Shown in pieces: positions 20,730-31,608 of a DNA stretch of 64,000 bases (the stretch's first letter is position 1; each line of letters begins with the position of its first letter). The DNA lies in assembly GCA_045047115.1 (NCBI GenBank), contig JASFYR010000019.1, positions 32,001 through 96,000 of the forward strand, read 5' to 3'. Under the pieces are notes generated by a model. It was not told the DNA's origin, did not search any database, and saw only the letters and a program-made list of their open reading frames with translations. Both the position numbers and the translations under genes were made by a program. The stretch is from Sulfurospirillum sp. (GTDB taxonomy: Bacteria; Campylobacterota; Campylobacteria; Campylobacterales; Sulfurospirillaceae).

Positions 20730-21358
20730 ACACCTATATTTATGTAGCCATCTACTCCAGCGGCTCCTGTTAGCTTCATTTCGTAAATATCTACTACGAG
20801 TTTGCTCTCTTCAATGGTATTTATGAATTTCATAATATTTTTAAATCTACCATTGAATTCAACTTTAAGATTCAAAATTTGTTCAATCTTCTGTAGGCTT
20901 GGTTTGTTGATTCTGTTTTTTATAATTTTGATTTTTACATGATTTTTTGCAGCTATAATTGTAATGGAATTAAGGAATTTGGCCCAATTTTGATTGTTAA
21001 ACAGAAGATATGATAAATCTTTCAGTTTGTTATCAACATATGTGTTGGTGTAAGTTGTCTTTTCTAACTGTATCTTTTCACCCTCAATTTCACTTTTGGC
21101 TTTTTTTATATAAAATCTCTCATCCCCGTTTCTTGTAACAGATCTAAGATAGCTCTTCTCGTTTTGAACTTTTTTGTTAATGGAGAGTAAATTTCTTTTT
21201 GTGATTTTTAATTTTTTTTCTGTTATTGGAAACAGATATGAATATACAATAAATCCAACAAAGACAAATATCATTAAAAAAATCAGAGCAAGTTCACTCT
21301 CTTTTTTTTCGGCTAAAGTTGCATCTATCTTTTCAAATATATTTTCTGAGCTACTCAT
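20711..21358 (-). CDS. PilO/MshJ-like protein
   Basis: TM helix, coiled coil, VEFNGRFKNIMKFINTIE. Confidence 0.75.
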   Translation of the reverse strand: MSSSENIFEKIDATLAEKKESELALIFLMIFVFVGFIVYSYLFPITEKKLKITKRNLLSINKKVQNEKSYLRSVTRNGDERFYIKKAKSEIEGEKIQLEKTTYTNTYVDNKLKDLSYLLFNNQNWAKFLNSITIIAAKNHVKIKIIKNRINKPSLQKIEQILNLKVEFNGRFKNIMKFINTIEESKLVVDIYEMKLTGAAGVDGYINIGVWGMKY

Positions 21359-22874
21359 TGATTAATCCTATAGTTACTTTTGATATATACTTTTGTTTTT
21401 TATCAACTTTTTCTATTTTGTCAGTATTTATGTTATATTTATTGAGTGCTGTTAGATTTTTTATGAATTCTGTAATTCTTTTATCGCTTCTATTTTGTAT
21501 ATCAAATATGAATTTGTTATTTTTAAACTCTATGTCGTCAATTTTTGAGTTGTATTTATTTGAAATTTTAAAAAATTCAGCCAAGATAAGGGCTTTCATC
21601 GGATAGGATATCTTTTTCTTGTAAATCTCTGTAAGTAATTTTTTTCTAAACTCAAATTTATCACTCTCTTTTTTTAAAAGGCCATCAAGTCTGTTTTTCT
21701 CCTGCTTTAGAGTAGCAAGACTGTTTTTGATAGCGGATGTCTTTTTATTAAGTTTCACAAATGTTTTTGTCTGTTTGTCGAGCTTTAGTTGTAAAAAATA
21801 ATCATATCCTGTTTGGTATGCCGGATAAGCTAAGGATAAAATTATACTGGCTGCAACTACCCCGAGAAGTTTCCCTGATGGTCTTTTTGAAAGTGGAGGA
21901 GGGCGCCTGAAAGGTGAAAAGTTTAGACTGTCATCTTTCTCTTCAAAATATGCCTGTGCAGCCAAAATCATAAGTATGTGAATCTGATCTATATACCACT
22001 CTTTTGAGTTGATAGCTATACTAAAATTAAAATCATGTGATTCCAGGCCAAGATAGCTTTGTGCATACTCTTCAATGCCAAGAAGTTCTCCAATTTCCGA
22101 ACCGATATACAATTTATCAATTGACTCAAGAGAGTATGATCTTTTTGCATATATCAAAACATCGTTGATATATAAAAATATCTCTCCAAAAAGTTTCATA
22201 AGATGTTGCTGATAGTCCAGATTGGTGCCTTTTAATCCTTCTCTTGTAAGAAGACTATCAAAATCTTTATCTTCAATTCTTTCACCTATTAATTCACAAA
22301 ATTTTTCATTAATTTGCGTTAGAGAATAGTGTAAGGACTTTGAATATATGTATTCCCCATCTCTGTAAATCGCAAGAAAAGCATCTTTTTTTTGAAAATA
22401 GACAAAACAATCAATTCCATCTGGCTCGATAAAAGCTTTTTTGTAGAGAGATTGCATTAAAAACGGAGTACCGGTTGCATAGTCTATGTATTTTGTATGT
22501 TTTTTTATTGGAGTGAGTCGCTCATCTACAGATGCTGCGTCTATAACAAAGACATTGAATGTTCTGTTTTTTGTATCATTTGTCTCAGTTTCAAGATATG
22601 TAATCGAATAATTTACAGCGGAGTCAAGTCCTAGCTCATCATATACTTTTATCTCTATAGCGTCTTTTAAATCGCTCTCAGGTATATTTCTGCTCATATC
22701 AATTGCGGCAGAGATGATATCTTTTGAAGGAATATAAGAGATGATAAAAGATTCTTTTTTGCTCTTTTCAAGTTTATTGACTTTGATTTCATTTTTGGAG
22801 TATTCGTAGGAATTAAGAGTTATGGGGTCAACGGAAATGATGCTTGAAAAGTTCTTATCTTTGTTTGTCGCCAT
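21351..22874 (-). CDS. PilM/PilN-like fused alignment protein (MshI-like)
   Basis: cytoplasmic N-domain, LNFSPF + TM helix + coiled coil; first gene of cluster. Confidence 0.7.
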   Translation of the reverse strand: MATNKDKNFSSIISVDPITLNSYEYSKNEIKVNKLEKSKKESFIISYIPSKDIISAAIDMSRNIPESDLKDAIEIKVYDELGLDSAVNYSITYLETETNDTKNRTFNVFVIDAASVDERLTPIKKHTKYIDYATGTPFLMQSLYKKAFIEPDGIDCFVYFQKKDAFLAIYRDGEYIYSKSLHYSLTQINEKFCELIGERIEDKDFDSLLTREGLKGTNLDYQQHLMKLFGEIFLYINDVLIYAKRSYSLESIDKLYIGSEIGELLGIEEYAQSYLGLESHDFNFSIAINSKEWYIDQIHILMILAAQAYFEEKDDSLNFSPFRRPPPLSKRPSGKLLGVVAASIILSLAYPAYQTGYDYFLQLKLDKQTKTFVKLNKKTSAIKNSLATLKQEKNRLDGLLKKESDKFEFRKKLLTEIYKKKISYPMKALILAEFFKISNKYNSKIDDIEFKNNKFIFDIQNRSDKRITEFIKNLTALNKYNINTDKIEKVDKKQKYISKVTIGLINE

Positions 22875-22943
22875 AATTCACAACTCCTATTTTTAAATAA
22901 ATAAAGTTAATCTACGATCAATTGTACCATAAAAAATTTATTT

Positions 22944-23837
22944 TTAATCTAAAACATACCCCATTTTCTTCAAAAGTTCCCTATTTTGGCTCCATCCAGG
23001 CTTAATAGTGACAAAAATTTTCAAAAATGCCTGCTTATCAATGATTTTTTCTATCTTCTGTCTAGCCCTTCTACCAATCCTTTTAAGCGTCTGTCCGTCT
23101 TTGCCTATAATGATGCCTTTTTGACTCTTTTTTTCGACTATTATATTGGCAAATATGCGTTCAATTTCTTCATCTTCTTCGACACTGTCAATAATTACAT
23201 CGGCAAAATAGGGAATCTCTTCACTTGTATTTTCGAAAATCGACTCTCTTATATATTCTTTATATATGTCTCTCATTTTTTCGGTGGTTAAAATTTCAGG
23301 ATCATACAGATATGGGTGTTTTGGTATATATTTTGAAATCTCCTCGAGTATATAGCTTTGCGTAACTCCTTTTTTTATAGAAATGGGGATTAGGGATAAA
23401 AATTTATCCTGGTATTTGCTAAATTCCATTATTTTTTTGAGAACTTTTTCATTCTTGACCTGATCTGTTTTTGTGAGTAGCACCATATGAGGTGTGTTTT
23501 TGCTGTTTTTTTTCAGAAAGTCAAGATAATAGTCGATTTTGTCTGTTATGGGTGATAAAAAGAGAATCAAGTCACAATCTCCCATAGCCTTGAGTGCCTC
23601 TTCGAGCATAAATTGGTTTAACAATCTCTCTTGTTCGTGAATTCCCGGGGTATCTATGAAGATAATTTGGGTGTTTTCATGAAGTGCTATTATTTTGGAT
23701 CTTCTTCTCGTGGCATTTGCCTTATGGGAGACCATAGCTATCTTTTCTCCCACAAGCCAGTTTAAAAGGGAGCTTTTGCCTGCATTTGGTCTGCCGACTA
23801 CTGCTACGAAGCCGGATTTTGTATTGATATCTTGCAT
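22944..23837 (-). CDS. era: GTPase Era
   Basis: GRPNAGKSS, DTPG, QKGIIIGKDG KH domain. Confidence 0.96.
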   Translation of the reverse strand: MQDINTKSGFVAVVGRPNAGKSSLLNWLVGEKIAMVSHKANATRRRSKIIALHENTQIIFIDTPGIHEQERLLNQFMLEEALKAMGDCDLILFLSPITDKIDYYLDFLKKNSKNTPHMVLLTKTDQVKNEKVLKKIMEFSKYQDKFLSLIPISIKKGVTQSYILEEISKYIPKHPYLYDPEILTTEKMRDIYKEYIRESIFENTSEEIPYFADVIIDSVEEDEEIERIFANIIVEKKSQKGIIIGKDGQTLKRIGRRARQKIEKIIDKQAFLKIFVTIKPGWSQNRELLKKMGYVLD

Positions 23838-25162
23838 TAGAGAATATACCTGCTACTGTCTTCGTCCTCTACTATGGAATCTAGTTTTTCATGTACTAAC
23901 TCTTTTGTTATTTTTATATTTTCTCCTGCGCGTTCATCCGCGCTAAAGCTTATGTCCTCGAGTACTTTTTCTATGACTGTATGAAGTCGTCTTGCTCCAA
24001 TATCTTCCGTCTTCTCATTTGTCAGATGAGAGATTTTAGCAATTGCTTTAACTGCATCGTCTTCAAAAACAAGATCTACATTTTCAGTTTTGAGAAGCTC
24101 TTTGTACTGTTTGAGAAGAGAATTTTTTGGCTGAGTCAAAATCTTATACAAAATTTCTTCACTTAGAGAGTTGAGCTCTACTCTGAGAGGAAATCTTCCC
24201 TGAAGCTCAGGAATCAGATCGCTTGGTTTGCTAAGATGGAAAGCTCCCGCAGAGATAAAAAGGATATGGTCAGTTTTTATGACACCGTATTTTGTATTTA
24301 CATCACTTCCTTCTACTATCGGAAGCAAGTCTCTTTGTACACCCTCTTTGCTGGGGTCACTTCTGTTTCCGGCGTGAGAGCCAACGGCGACTTTATCTAT
24401 CTCATCTATAAAGATTATGCCACCATTTTCAGCTCTGTCTTTTGCCTCTATTTTTATGGCTTCAAAATCAAGCAGTTTTTCACTTGCTTCATTTTTCAGT
24501 GCCTCTTTCGCCTCTTTTACTTTGAGTGTTTTTTTGATATTTTTTTGATTGGAGCCCAATATTTTTATAAAAGATTCTTGGACCTTTACGACTTCGGGAG
24601 GCAGCGATGAGTCAGAGAGATCACTACTGCTGTTTGAAACTTCTATCTCTATCTCTAAATCATCCAGTTCTCCGTCACGAAATTTTTGTCTCATCTTTCC
24701 ATAGCTTCTTTGGTAGTCGCTTTTTTTCTCCTCGCTTGCGCCTTTTGGCAGAAGAGGGAGGATTTTTTCTATGATTTGTTTCTCTACATGCAGAGCTATC
24801 TGATCAGCATTTTTTTCTTTATGTTGAGCCCTGATTAGATTAACTGAAGCCATCATTAAGTCTCTCACCATCGACTCTACATCTCTTCCGACAAATCCAA
24901 CTTCAGTGTATTTGCTGGCTTCAACTTTTACAAAAGGCAATCCCATCATCTTTGCCATTCTTCTTGCTATTTCTGTTTTTCCTACACCGGTTGAGCCTAT
25001 CATGAGGATGTTTTTCGGCATTATCTCCTCTTGCATCTCGGTAGATAACTGCATTCTTCTATATCTGTTTCTTAGTGCAATTGCTATGGATTTTTTTGCT
25101 TCTAGTTGTCCTATTATGTATTCGTCTAAGTATTTAACTATCTCTTTTGGAGTTAAATTCAT
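23837..25162 (-). CDS. hslU: HslU ATPase
   Basis: GSTGVGKTEIARR, EGVQRDLLP, IGARRLHT. Confidence 0.98.
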   Translation of the reverse strand: MNLTPKEIVKYLDEYIIGQLEAKKSIAIALRNRYRRMQLSTEMQEEIMPKNILMIGSTGVGKTEIARRMAKMMGLPFVKVEASKYTEVGFVGRDVESMVRDLMMASVNLIRAQHKEKNADQIALHVEKQIIEKILPLLPKGASEEKKSDYQRSYGKMRQKFRDGELDDLEIEIEVSNSSSDLSDSSLPPEVVKVQESFIKILGSNQKNIKKTLKVKEAKEALKNEASEKLLDFEAIKIEAKDRAENGGIIFIDEIDKVAVGSHAGNRSDPSKEGVQRDLLPIVEGSDVNTKYGVIKTDHILFISAGAFHLSKPSDLIPELQGRFPLRVELNSLSEEILYKILTQPKNSLLKQYKELLKTENVDLVFEDDAVKAIAKISHLTNEKTEDIGARRLHTVIEKVLEDISFSADERAGENIKITKELVHEKLDSIVEDEDSSRYIL

Positions 25163-25705
25163 CTATTTTGTTTCCTCTAAAGTATAAATTTTTATATTGT
25201 CATTTGTGTATATACAAAGTTCGCTTGCTATTTTCAGACTCTCTTTGACTAAAGTCTCTTCATCTAGACTAGAGTGTCTTTGAAGTGCTCTTGCCGCTGA
25301 AATCGCAAAGTTTCCACCGCTTCCTATGGCTGCAATCTTTTCATCTTCAGGTTCTACCACATCACCGTTTCCACTCAATATGAAGATATGCTTTGTATTG
25401 AGTACAATCATCATAGCTTCAAGTCTGCGAAGCATCTTGTCTTTTCTCCACTCTTTTGAAAACTCTATGACAGATTTGTAGAGATCACCTTTTTTTTGAC
25501 CTAAAATTCCCTCGAACATATCAAAAAGATTGAAAGCATCAGCAGTGCTTCCCGCAAAACCTGCTAAAATTTTCCCATTATACAGGCGCCTTATCTTTGT
25601 AGCGTTACTTTTCAGTACGCTGTTGCCAAAAGTAACTTGACCATCCCCACCTATGACTGCCTTGTCTTTGCCTTTATAGGCAAGTATGGTTGTAGCTTCA
25701 AACAT
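25163..25705 (-). CDS. hslV: HslV protease
   Basis: [24 protein letters not shown]. Confidence 0.98.
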   Translation of the reverse strand: MFEATTILAYKGKDKAVIGGDGQVTFGNSVLKSNATKIRRLYNGKILAGFAGSTADAFNLFDMFEGILGQKKGDLYKSVIEFSKEWRKDKMLRRLEAMMIVLNTKHIFILSGNGDVVEPEDEKIAAIGSGGNFAISAARALQRHSSLDEETLVKESLKIASELCIYTNDNIKIYTLEETK

Positions 25706-25707
25706 TC

Positions 25708-26154
25708 CTATTCTCCAACAATCTCGACAGTTAATTTAGCATGAATGCCATGTCCCAGCTTTGCAGATATATCAAATTCACCTGTCATCTTTATGGCTTT
25801 ATCTATCTCTATACTCTTTTTGTCAATCTCTATATCATATTGGTTTTTCAGCTCATGTGCTATCTCATCTTTTGTTACAGCTCCAAAAAGACTGCCATTT
25901 GCACCAAGTTTTCTTTTGATTACGAGTCTAATGTCAGCCAATTTTTTTTCTATATCTTTAAGCCTTACTAATTCATCAGCTGTCTCTTTTGCTTTTCTTT
26001 TTTGTTCTGCTTCATATCTTTTTATGACATCATTTGTGGCATGTAGTGCAAAACCTTTTCCTATCAAAAAATTTCTTCCATAGCCATCTTTCACCTCTTT
26101 AATCTCACCTTTTTTGCCAAGTGATTTTACATCTTTAATCAATAAAACTTTCAT
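25708..26154 (-). CDS. rplI: 50S ribosomal protein L9
   Basis: [36 protein letters not shown]. Confidence 0.97.
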   Translation of the reverse strand: MKVLLIKDVKSLGKKGEIKEVKDGYGRNFLIGKGFALHATNDVIKRYEAEQKRKAKETADELVRLKDIEKKLADIRLVIKRKLGANGSLFGAVTKDEIAHELKNQYDIEIDKKSIEIDKAIKMTGEFDISAKLGHGIHAKLTVEIVGE

Positions 26155-26549
26155 CTTTTCTCCTCAATATTTTTTGGTAACTTTGTATTTTTTCCTGTTT
26201 TTCCGGAATATGCAATAATTCCTTCGCTTAAATGGGCTATTTTATCAAAACCCATTCTTTTTAGTATCATCAATACCTGTTCTGTCCTGTTTCCTGTCCG
26301 GCAGTAGAGTATAATATGCTCATCTTTTATCTTTTCAAGATCTTCTATATGTCTGTGCAATAGCGTTGTCGGATAGAGCAAATCTGTTTTATCTATACTC
26401 CTGTCGCTATACTCATAAATTTCACGAATGTCTATCAATTTAAAATCAAACTTGCCTTCTTCTTTGTATCTAAGTAACTCCTGTAAATCTTCATCTTTCA
26501 CTTGAGCGCTTGAAAATACTCTTTTTTTTATCTCTTCCAAGTCATGCAT
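26151..26549 (-). CDS. rhodanese-like domain protein
   Basis: [17 protein letters not shown]; start probably the ATG overlapping the end of argG. Confidence 0.85.
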   Translation of the reverse strand: MHDLEEIKKRVFSSAQVKDEDLQELLRYKEEGKFDFKLIDIREIYEYSDRSIDKTDLLYPTTLLHRHIEDLEKIKDEHIILYCRTGNRTEQVLMILKRMGFDKIAHLSEGIIAYSGKTGKNTKLPKNIEEKR

Positions 26550-27771
26550 CGCCATAGAATTTTTTGTTTTTTCCGCCAATTATGAATCTAAGAGCATTTA
26601 GTTTGATGAAACCTTCCGCATCTTTTTGGTTATAAACCTCATCCTCTTCAAATGTACAAAACTCTGCATTGAAAAGATTATTTTTTGCAGAATCTCTTCC
26701 TACTACCATTACATTGCCTTTATATAACTCAAGTCTGACAGTGCCATTTACATTTTCCTGGGATTTGTCTATGGCGGCTTGCATCATTTCACGCTCGGGT
26801 GAAAACCAAAAGCCATTGTATATGGTTTTTGCATATCTTGGCATAAGCTCGTCTTTAAAATGTGCAGCTTCTCTATCAAGCGATATGCTCTCTATAGCTC
26901 TGTGGGCCTTTAGCATTATGGTTCCGCCGGGAGTTTCATAGCAACCACGACTTTTCATACCTACAAAACGATTTTCAACTATATCGATTCTTCCTATGCC
27001 GTTTCTGCCACCTATTTCATTTAGGGATTCCAGCATCTTGGCAGGGCTCAATCTTACACCATTTAGTGCAACAGGATCACCTTTTTCATACTCTATCTCT
27101 ATGGTTTCTGTGTAATCGGGTGCTTCTTGCGGGCTTTTTGTCCATCTCCACATATCTTCTTCAGGTTTTGCATTTGGATCTTCAAGCACCAAACCCTCAT
27201 ATGAGATATGAAGTAAATTTGCATCCATGGAGTATGGAGATTTATTTCCTTTTTTCTCTATATTTATATTGTGTTTTTTTGCATACGCCAAAAGTTTTTC
27301 GCGAGAGTTCAAATCCCACTCTCGCCAAGGTGCTATGATAGTCAAGTTTGAGTTGATGCCAAGATATCCAAGTTCAAATCTAACTTGATCGTTTCCCTTG
27401 CCTGTAGCCCCATGACTTACAGAATCAGCTCCTGTGAGTGCTGCTATCTCTGCTTGCCTTTTGGCGATAAGTGGTCTTGCTATGGAAGTTCCAAGAAGAT
27501 ACTCTCCCTCATATATGGCATTTGCTCTAAACATAGGAAATACATAATCTCTAACAAATTCCTCTTTGAGGTCTTCTATGAAGATATTTTCAGGTTTTAT
27601 ACCCATCTCTATAGCTTTTTTGCGGGCAGGTTCCAGCTCTTCACCCTGTCCCACATCGGCAGTAAATGTCACTACTTCGCAGTTAAACTCATCTTGAAGC
27701 CACTTTAAAATTATACTCGTGTCTAGTCCACCAGAATATGCAAGGACTACTTTTTTAATATTTCGTTTGAT
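26542..27771 (-). CDS. argG: argininosuccinate synthase (apparent ATC start codon)
   Basis: In-frame extension [24 protein letters not shown] upstream of the track [22 protein letters not shown]. Confidence 0.95.
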   Translation of the reverse strand: MKRNIKKVVLAYSGGLDTSIILKWLQDEFNCEVVTFTADVGQGEELEPARKKAIEMGIKPENIFIEDLKEEFVRDYVFPMFRANAIYEGEYLLGTSIARPLIAKRQAEIAALTGADSVSHGATGKGNDQVRFELGYLGINSNLTIIAPWREWDLNSREKLLAYAKKHNINIEKKGNKSPYSMDANLLHISYEGLVLEDPNAKPEEDMWRWTKSPQEAPDYTETIEIEYEKGDPVALNGVRLSPAKMLESLNEIGGRNGIGRIDIVENRFVGMKSRGCYETPGGTIMLKAHRAIESISLDREAAHFKDELMPRYAKTIYNGFWFSPEREMMQAAIDKSQENVNGTVRLELYKGNVMVVGRDSAKNNLFNAEFCTFEEDEVYNQKDAEGFIKLNALRFIIGGKNKKFYGDA

Positions 27772-27942
27772 GATGTATCCTTTTTAATATAAATTAAGAG
27801 GTATTTTATCAAAAAATAGTAAAAAAGTAGCTTATTTGTATAAATAACAGACCTAATAGAGTGCAAAAATCGTTCCATACAATTTGTATTTAAAAAATCT
27901 TTTGCTACAATTTTAAAAACTGATGAATATTGAGGAGTTGCT

Positions 27943-28188
27943 TTGAGGATAGATAAATTTTTAAATTGTGTGAATATAACCAAAAGAAGAGCCATTTCGG
28001 AAGATATGTGCAAAAGCGGTGTTGTGAGCATAAATGATGCCATAGTCAAACCTGCAAAAACGGTAAAAATCGGTGATATTATCACAATAAAATATCTAAA
28101 GCATAACTCAAAATATGAAGTTTTGGAGATACCTGCTACAAAAACGATTCCAAAGACAATGCAGTCAAAATATGTGAAGGAGCTATAA
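27943..28188 (+). CDS. S4-domain RNA-binding protein (HslR/RqcP-like)
   Basis: MRIDKFL..KRRAIS..KPAKTVKIGD; GAGGAG RBS. Confidence 0.88.
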   Translation: MRIDKFLNCVNITKRRAISEDMCKSGVVSINDAIVKPAKTVKIGDIITIKYLKHNSKYEVLEIPATKTIPKTMQSKYVKEL

Positions 28189-29168
28189 TGTTTGATATAG
28201 CAAAAGAGAAATTTCAAAAGATATTTGAAGACAAAATTTCAGCTGATGAGGCAAGAGAGTATCTTGTTGAGTTGTACAACAGAGGCGAAAGTGCAGAAGA
28301 GATAGCAGCAGCCACAGAGGTGATGAGGGAACACAGCATCAAACTCATTATCCCCGGGGTTTTAAGAGAAAAACTTATAGATGTGGTAGGAACAGGCGGG
28401 GATAAAAGCAATAGTTTTAATATTTCAAGTACTGTCTCTTTGCTTCTTCCAAGCTTGGGTTGCTCTGTTGCAAAACACGGTAACAGGGCTATAACGAGCA
28501 ATTCCGGTAGTGCAGATATGCTTGAAGCATTAGGTGTAAATCTAGCTCTTAAACCTGACCAGCAGTCAAAAATGTTACAAGAGTGTGGTTTTGCATTTTT
28601 ATTTGCTATCAATCACCATCCTGCGATGAGATATATAATGCCAATCAGAAAGAGCTTAGCACATCGTACCATCTTTAACATGCTGGGACCTCTTACAAAT
28701 CCGGCTGGCGCCAAAAAATATCTTATAGGTGTATTTAGTGACAAATTTCTAAATAGAATCATAGTAGGACTTAGTCTCTTAGATACCAAAAATGCGATAG
28801 CAGTGAGCAGTAGAGATGGTATGGATGAGATAAGTATATCTGATATAACCTATGCAACTATGCTTAAAGACAACAGAACGACAGATTTTATAATTGACCC
28901 GCAAGAGTATGGTCTTAAATTATCGCCCAAAGAGGGAATTTTAGGCGGGGATGCGAAGCAAAATTCAAAGATAACATACTCAATTCTAAAAGGAGAAGAG
29001 GGTGGGGCTAGAAAAAATATAGTTCTTTTAAACGCAGCTACCGCACTTGTAGTGGATGATAAAGCAAGAGATATAAAAGAGGGTATTGAGATGGCAAAAG
29101 AGGCGATTGATAGTGGAAAAGCTTTTGAGAAGTTGCAAGAGATTATAAAGGTTTCAAATTCACTATGA
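28188..29168 (+). CDS. trpD: anthranilate phosphoribosyltransferase
   Basis: DVVGTGGD, FNISS, KHGNR..SGSAD, RTIFNMLGPLTNP. Confidence 0.96.
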   Translation: MFDIAKEKFQKIFEDKISADEAREYLVELYNRGESAEEIAAATEVMREHSIKLIIPGVLREKLIDVVGTGGDKSNSFNISSTVSLLLPSLGCSVAKHGNRAITSNSGSADMLEALGVNLALKPDQQSKMLQECGFAFLFAINHHPAMRYIMPIRKSLAHRTIFNMLGPLTNPAGAKKYLIGVFSDKFLNRIIVGLSLLDTKNAIAVSSRDGMDEISISDITYATMLKDNRTTDFIIDPQEYGLKLSPKEGILGGDAKQNSKITYSILKGEEGGARKNIVLLNAATALVVDDKARDIKEGIEMAKEAIDSGKAFEKLQEIIKVSNSL

Positions 29169-29587
29169 ATGAGAAAGTTTGTACCTTAGATGAGTTGGAG
29201 AGTTTTGCAAAAGAGATTGCAGAATTGGCAAAAGATTGCGGAGTTGTCTTGCTAAGAGGTGATTTGGCGAGTGGCAAGACAACATTTGTAAAAAAATTTT
29301 CAAGTGCTTTGGGACTTAGAGAAGATGTGGTATCCCCAACATTTTCGGTTCAAAACAGATATGGAGAAAGTCTGTATCATTACGATATTTACCAAAATGG
29401 CATAGGGGGTTTTCTCTCTTCGGGACTGCTTGAGGAATTGGATAAAGAGGGTTATCATCTGATAGAGTGGGGTGACGAAAAACTTGAAAGTGTTTTGAGA
29501 AAATATTTTATAGATTATATTGTTGTTGATATAGAAAAAAAGTCTGATGAGAGTAGAGTATATAAGGTTAAAAAATGCATAAACTAA
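29165..29587 (+). CDS. tsaE: tRNA threonylcarbamoyladenosine biosynthesis ATPase TsaE
   Basis: [24 protein letters not shown]. Confidence 0.92.
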   Translation: MNEKVCTLDELESFAKEIAELAKDCGVVLLRGDLASGKTTFVKKFSSALGLREDVVSPTFSVQNRYGESLYHYDIYQNGIGGFLSSGLLEELDKEGYHLIEWGDEKLESVLRKYFIDYIVVDIEKKSDESRVYKVKKCIN

Positions 29588-30297
29588 AAGTTGATAACTT
29601 AATAAAAATAATCAAAAAGACAAATATAATAAACGGTGTTTCACTAGAGGTAAAGAGTGGAGAAATAGTGGGACTTCTTGGTCCAAATGGTGCGGGTAAA
29701 ACCACAATGTTTTATATGATATGTGGAATCATTTCACCAAATAGCGGGGAGATATATCTTGATAATAAAAACATAACAAAAATGCCCCTGCATAAAAGAG
29801 CAAAAGAGGGGGTAGGGTACCTGCCTCAAGAATCAAGCATCTTTAAAGAGCTAAGTGTCGAAGAGAATCTTCTGTTGGCGGCAGAGATTGTCTATGATAA
29901 TGAGGAGGAGGCACAGCACAGGGTGGAAAAACTACTTGAGCTCTTAAATATAGAGCCAATCAGAAAAAGAAAAGGCATAAGCCTGAGTGGTGGAGAGAGA
30001 AGAAGATGCGAGATAGCCAGATCATTGGCGAATTTTCCAAAATTCTTACTTCTCGATGAACCTTTTGCGGGAGTTGATCCAATAGCCGTAACTGACATAC
30101 AGGCTATCGTCAGAGATCTTGCAAAGCTAAATATTGGTGTGCTTATTACTGACCATAATGTAAGAGAGACTCTAGGTATATGTGACAGGGCTTATGTTAT
30201 GAAAGACGGGGCTTTGCTTGCAAGTGGAAATGCCGGGGATGTTGCAAACAATAAACTGGTGAAGACACATTATCTTGGGGTTGATTTTAAATTTTAA
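29575..30297 (+). CDS. lptB: LPS export ABC ATPase LptB
   Basis: [39 protein letters not shown]. Confidence 0.96.
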   Translation: MHKLKVDNLIKIIKKTNIINGVSLEVKSGEIVGLLGPNGAGKTTMFYMICGIISPNSGEIYLDNKNITKMPLHKRAKEGVGYLPQESSIFKELSVEENLLLAAEIVYDNEEEAQHRVEKLLELLNIEPIRKRKGISLSGGERRRCEIARSLANFPKFLLLDEPFAGVDPIAVTDIQAIVRDLAKLNIGVLITDHNVRETLGICDRAYVMKDGALLASGNAGDVANNKLVKTHYLGVDFKF

Positions 30298-30312
30298 TAA
30301 GGAGAAAGATCT

Positions 30313-31593
30313 GTGAAATTAAGGACTAGAACAGAGCAAGCTACAAAGCAGAAGCTCTCTTCTACGCTTAGGAGTTGGCTGCCTATACTACAGTCCGATT
30401 TAGAGTCCTTACAAGAGGTACTAGAGCCTTTTGCCAAAGAAAATCCATTTATAGAGATAAAAGCTGGAAATGAAAAAGTAGAAAGGAGGTTTGAGAAAAA
30501 GAACTTTTTCCAGCAAATATCAAAAGATTCTGTTTCAGGTGTCATTGAGGCACTGACAATAGATAAAAAATCCCTGTACGATGTACTTTATGAACAGATT
30601 AATTCTCCTCTTTTTCCTACTTCCAAATCACAAGAGATTGCTTATGAGATTATAGAAAATTTAGATAGCGAGGGATATTTCTCCAAGGATGCTTTTGAGA
30701 AAATATCACAAAAATTTACCTGCAAATTTGAAGATGTTGACAAGATAAGAAAAAGGTTTTCAAATTTGATACCCAGCGGAGTCTGTGCTCTTGATTTTAA
30801 AGAGTCTTTTTTATTTCAATTGGATGATTTTGATTTGGATGATGAGTTGTATAGATTTACAGTAGAGTTGATTGAAAATTTTGAATCTTTAGAATCTTAT
30901 ACTGCCGAGTCTTTGTTTGCAGATGCAATTAAAATTATCAAAAAATTTAAAAATCCTCCGGCTATCGAGTATTTTGAGGATAACAGACAAATTATACCTG
31001 ATATTTTCATATTTAAAACAGGTGAAAATATAGAGGTGAAACTAAATGATGCGTATTATCCTGATATAGTTCTTGACACTGACGGATTGGATGATAAACA
31101 CGAATTTGTATCGAGAAAAATTAAAGATGCAAAGGATCTGATTGATGCTCTCGAGATGAGAAAAGCAACACTGTATAAAATAGGGCTTTTGATAGTAGAG
31201 TATCAGTATGATTTTTTCTTTGGCAGAGCTATTGCTCCTATGAAACTCAAGGATTTGGCTACAGAATTGAAACGAAATCCATCTACAATTTCTCGAGCAA
31301 TTTCTGGTAAATATATATCTTGTAACAGGGGAGTGATTCCACTGAAGAGTTTTTTTGCAACAGCTTTGGATATGGATGTTTCAAATAGTGCGATAAAAGA
31401 GTATATGTGCGAATTAGTAAAATACGAAGATAGAAAAAAGCCTCTTAGTGATGCTAAGATATTGAACTCTATCGAGAAAAAATTTGGCATAAAATTAGTT
31501 AGAAGAACTATAACAAAATACAGACAACAGTGCAATATAGCAGGTTCAAGTGAAAGAAAAAAACTATATATGCTTATTGCTTCACCTTATTAG
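30313..31593 (+). CDS. rpoN: RNA polymerase sigma-54
   Basis: STISRA, PLSD, RpoN box VRRTITKYR. Confidence 0.95.
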   Translation: MKLRTRTEQATKQKLSSTLRSWLPILQSDLESLQEVLEPFAKENPFIEIKAGNEKVERRFEKKNFFQQISKDSVSGVIEALTIDKKSLYDVLYEQINSPLFPTSKSQEIAYEIIENLDSEGYFSKDAFEKISQKFTCKFEDVDKIRKRFSNLIPSGVCALDFKESFLFQLDDFDLDDELYRFTVELIENFESLESYTAESLFADAIKIIKKFKNPPAIEYFEDNRQIIPDIFIFKTGENIEVKLNDAYYPDIVLDTDGLDDKHEFVSRKIKDAKDLIDALEMRKATLYKIGLLIVEYQYDFFFGRAIAPMKLKDLATELKRNPSTISRAISGKYISCNRGVIPLKSFFATALDMDVSNSAIKEYMCELVKYEDRKKPLSDAKILNSIEKKFGIKLVRRTITKYRQQCNIAGSSERKKLYMLIASPY

Positions 31594-31608
31594 GCGGAGC
31601 AATAAAAA

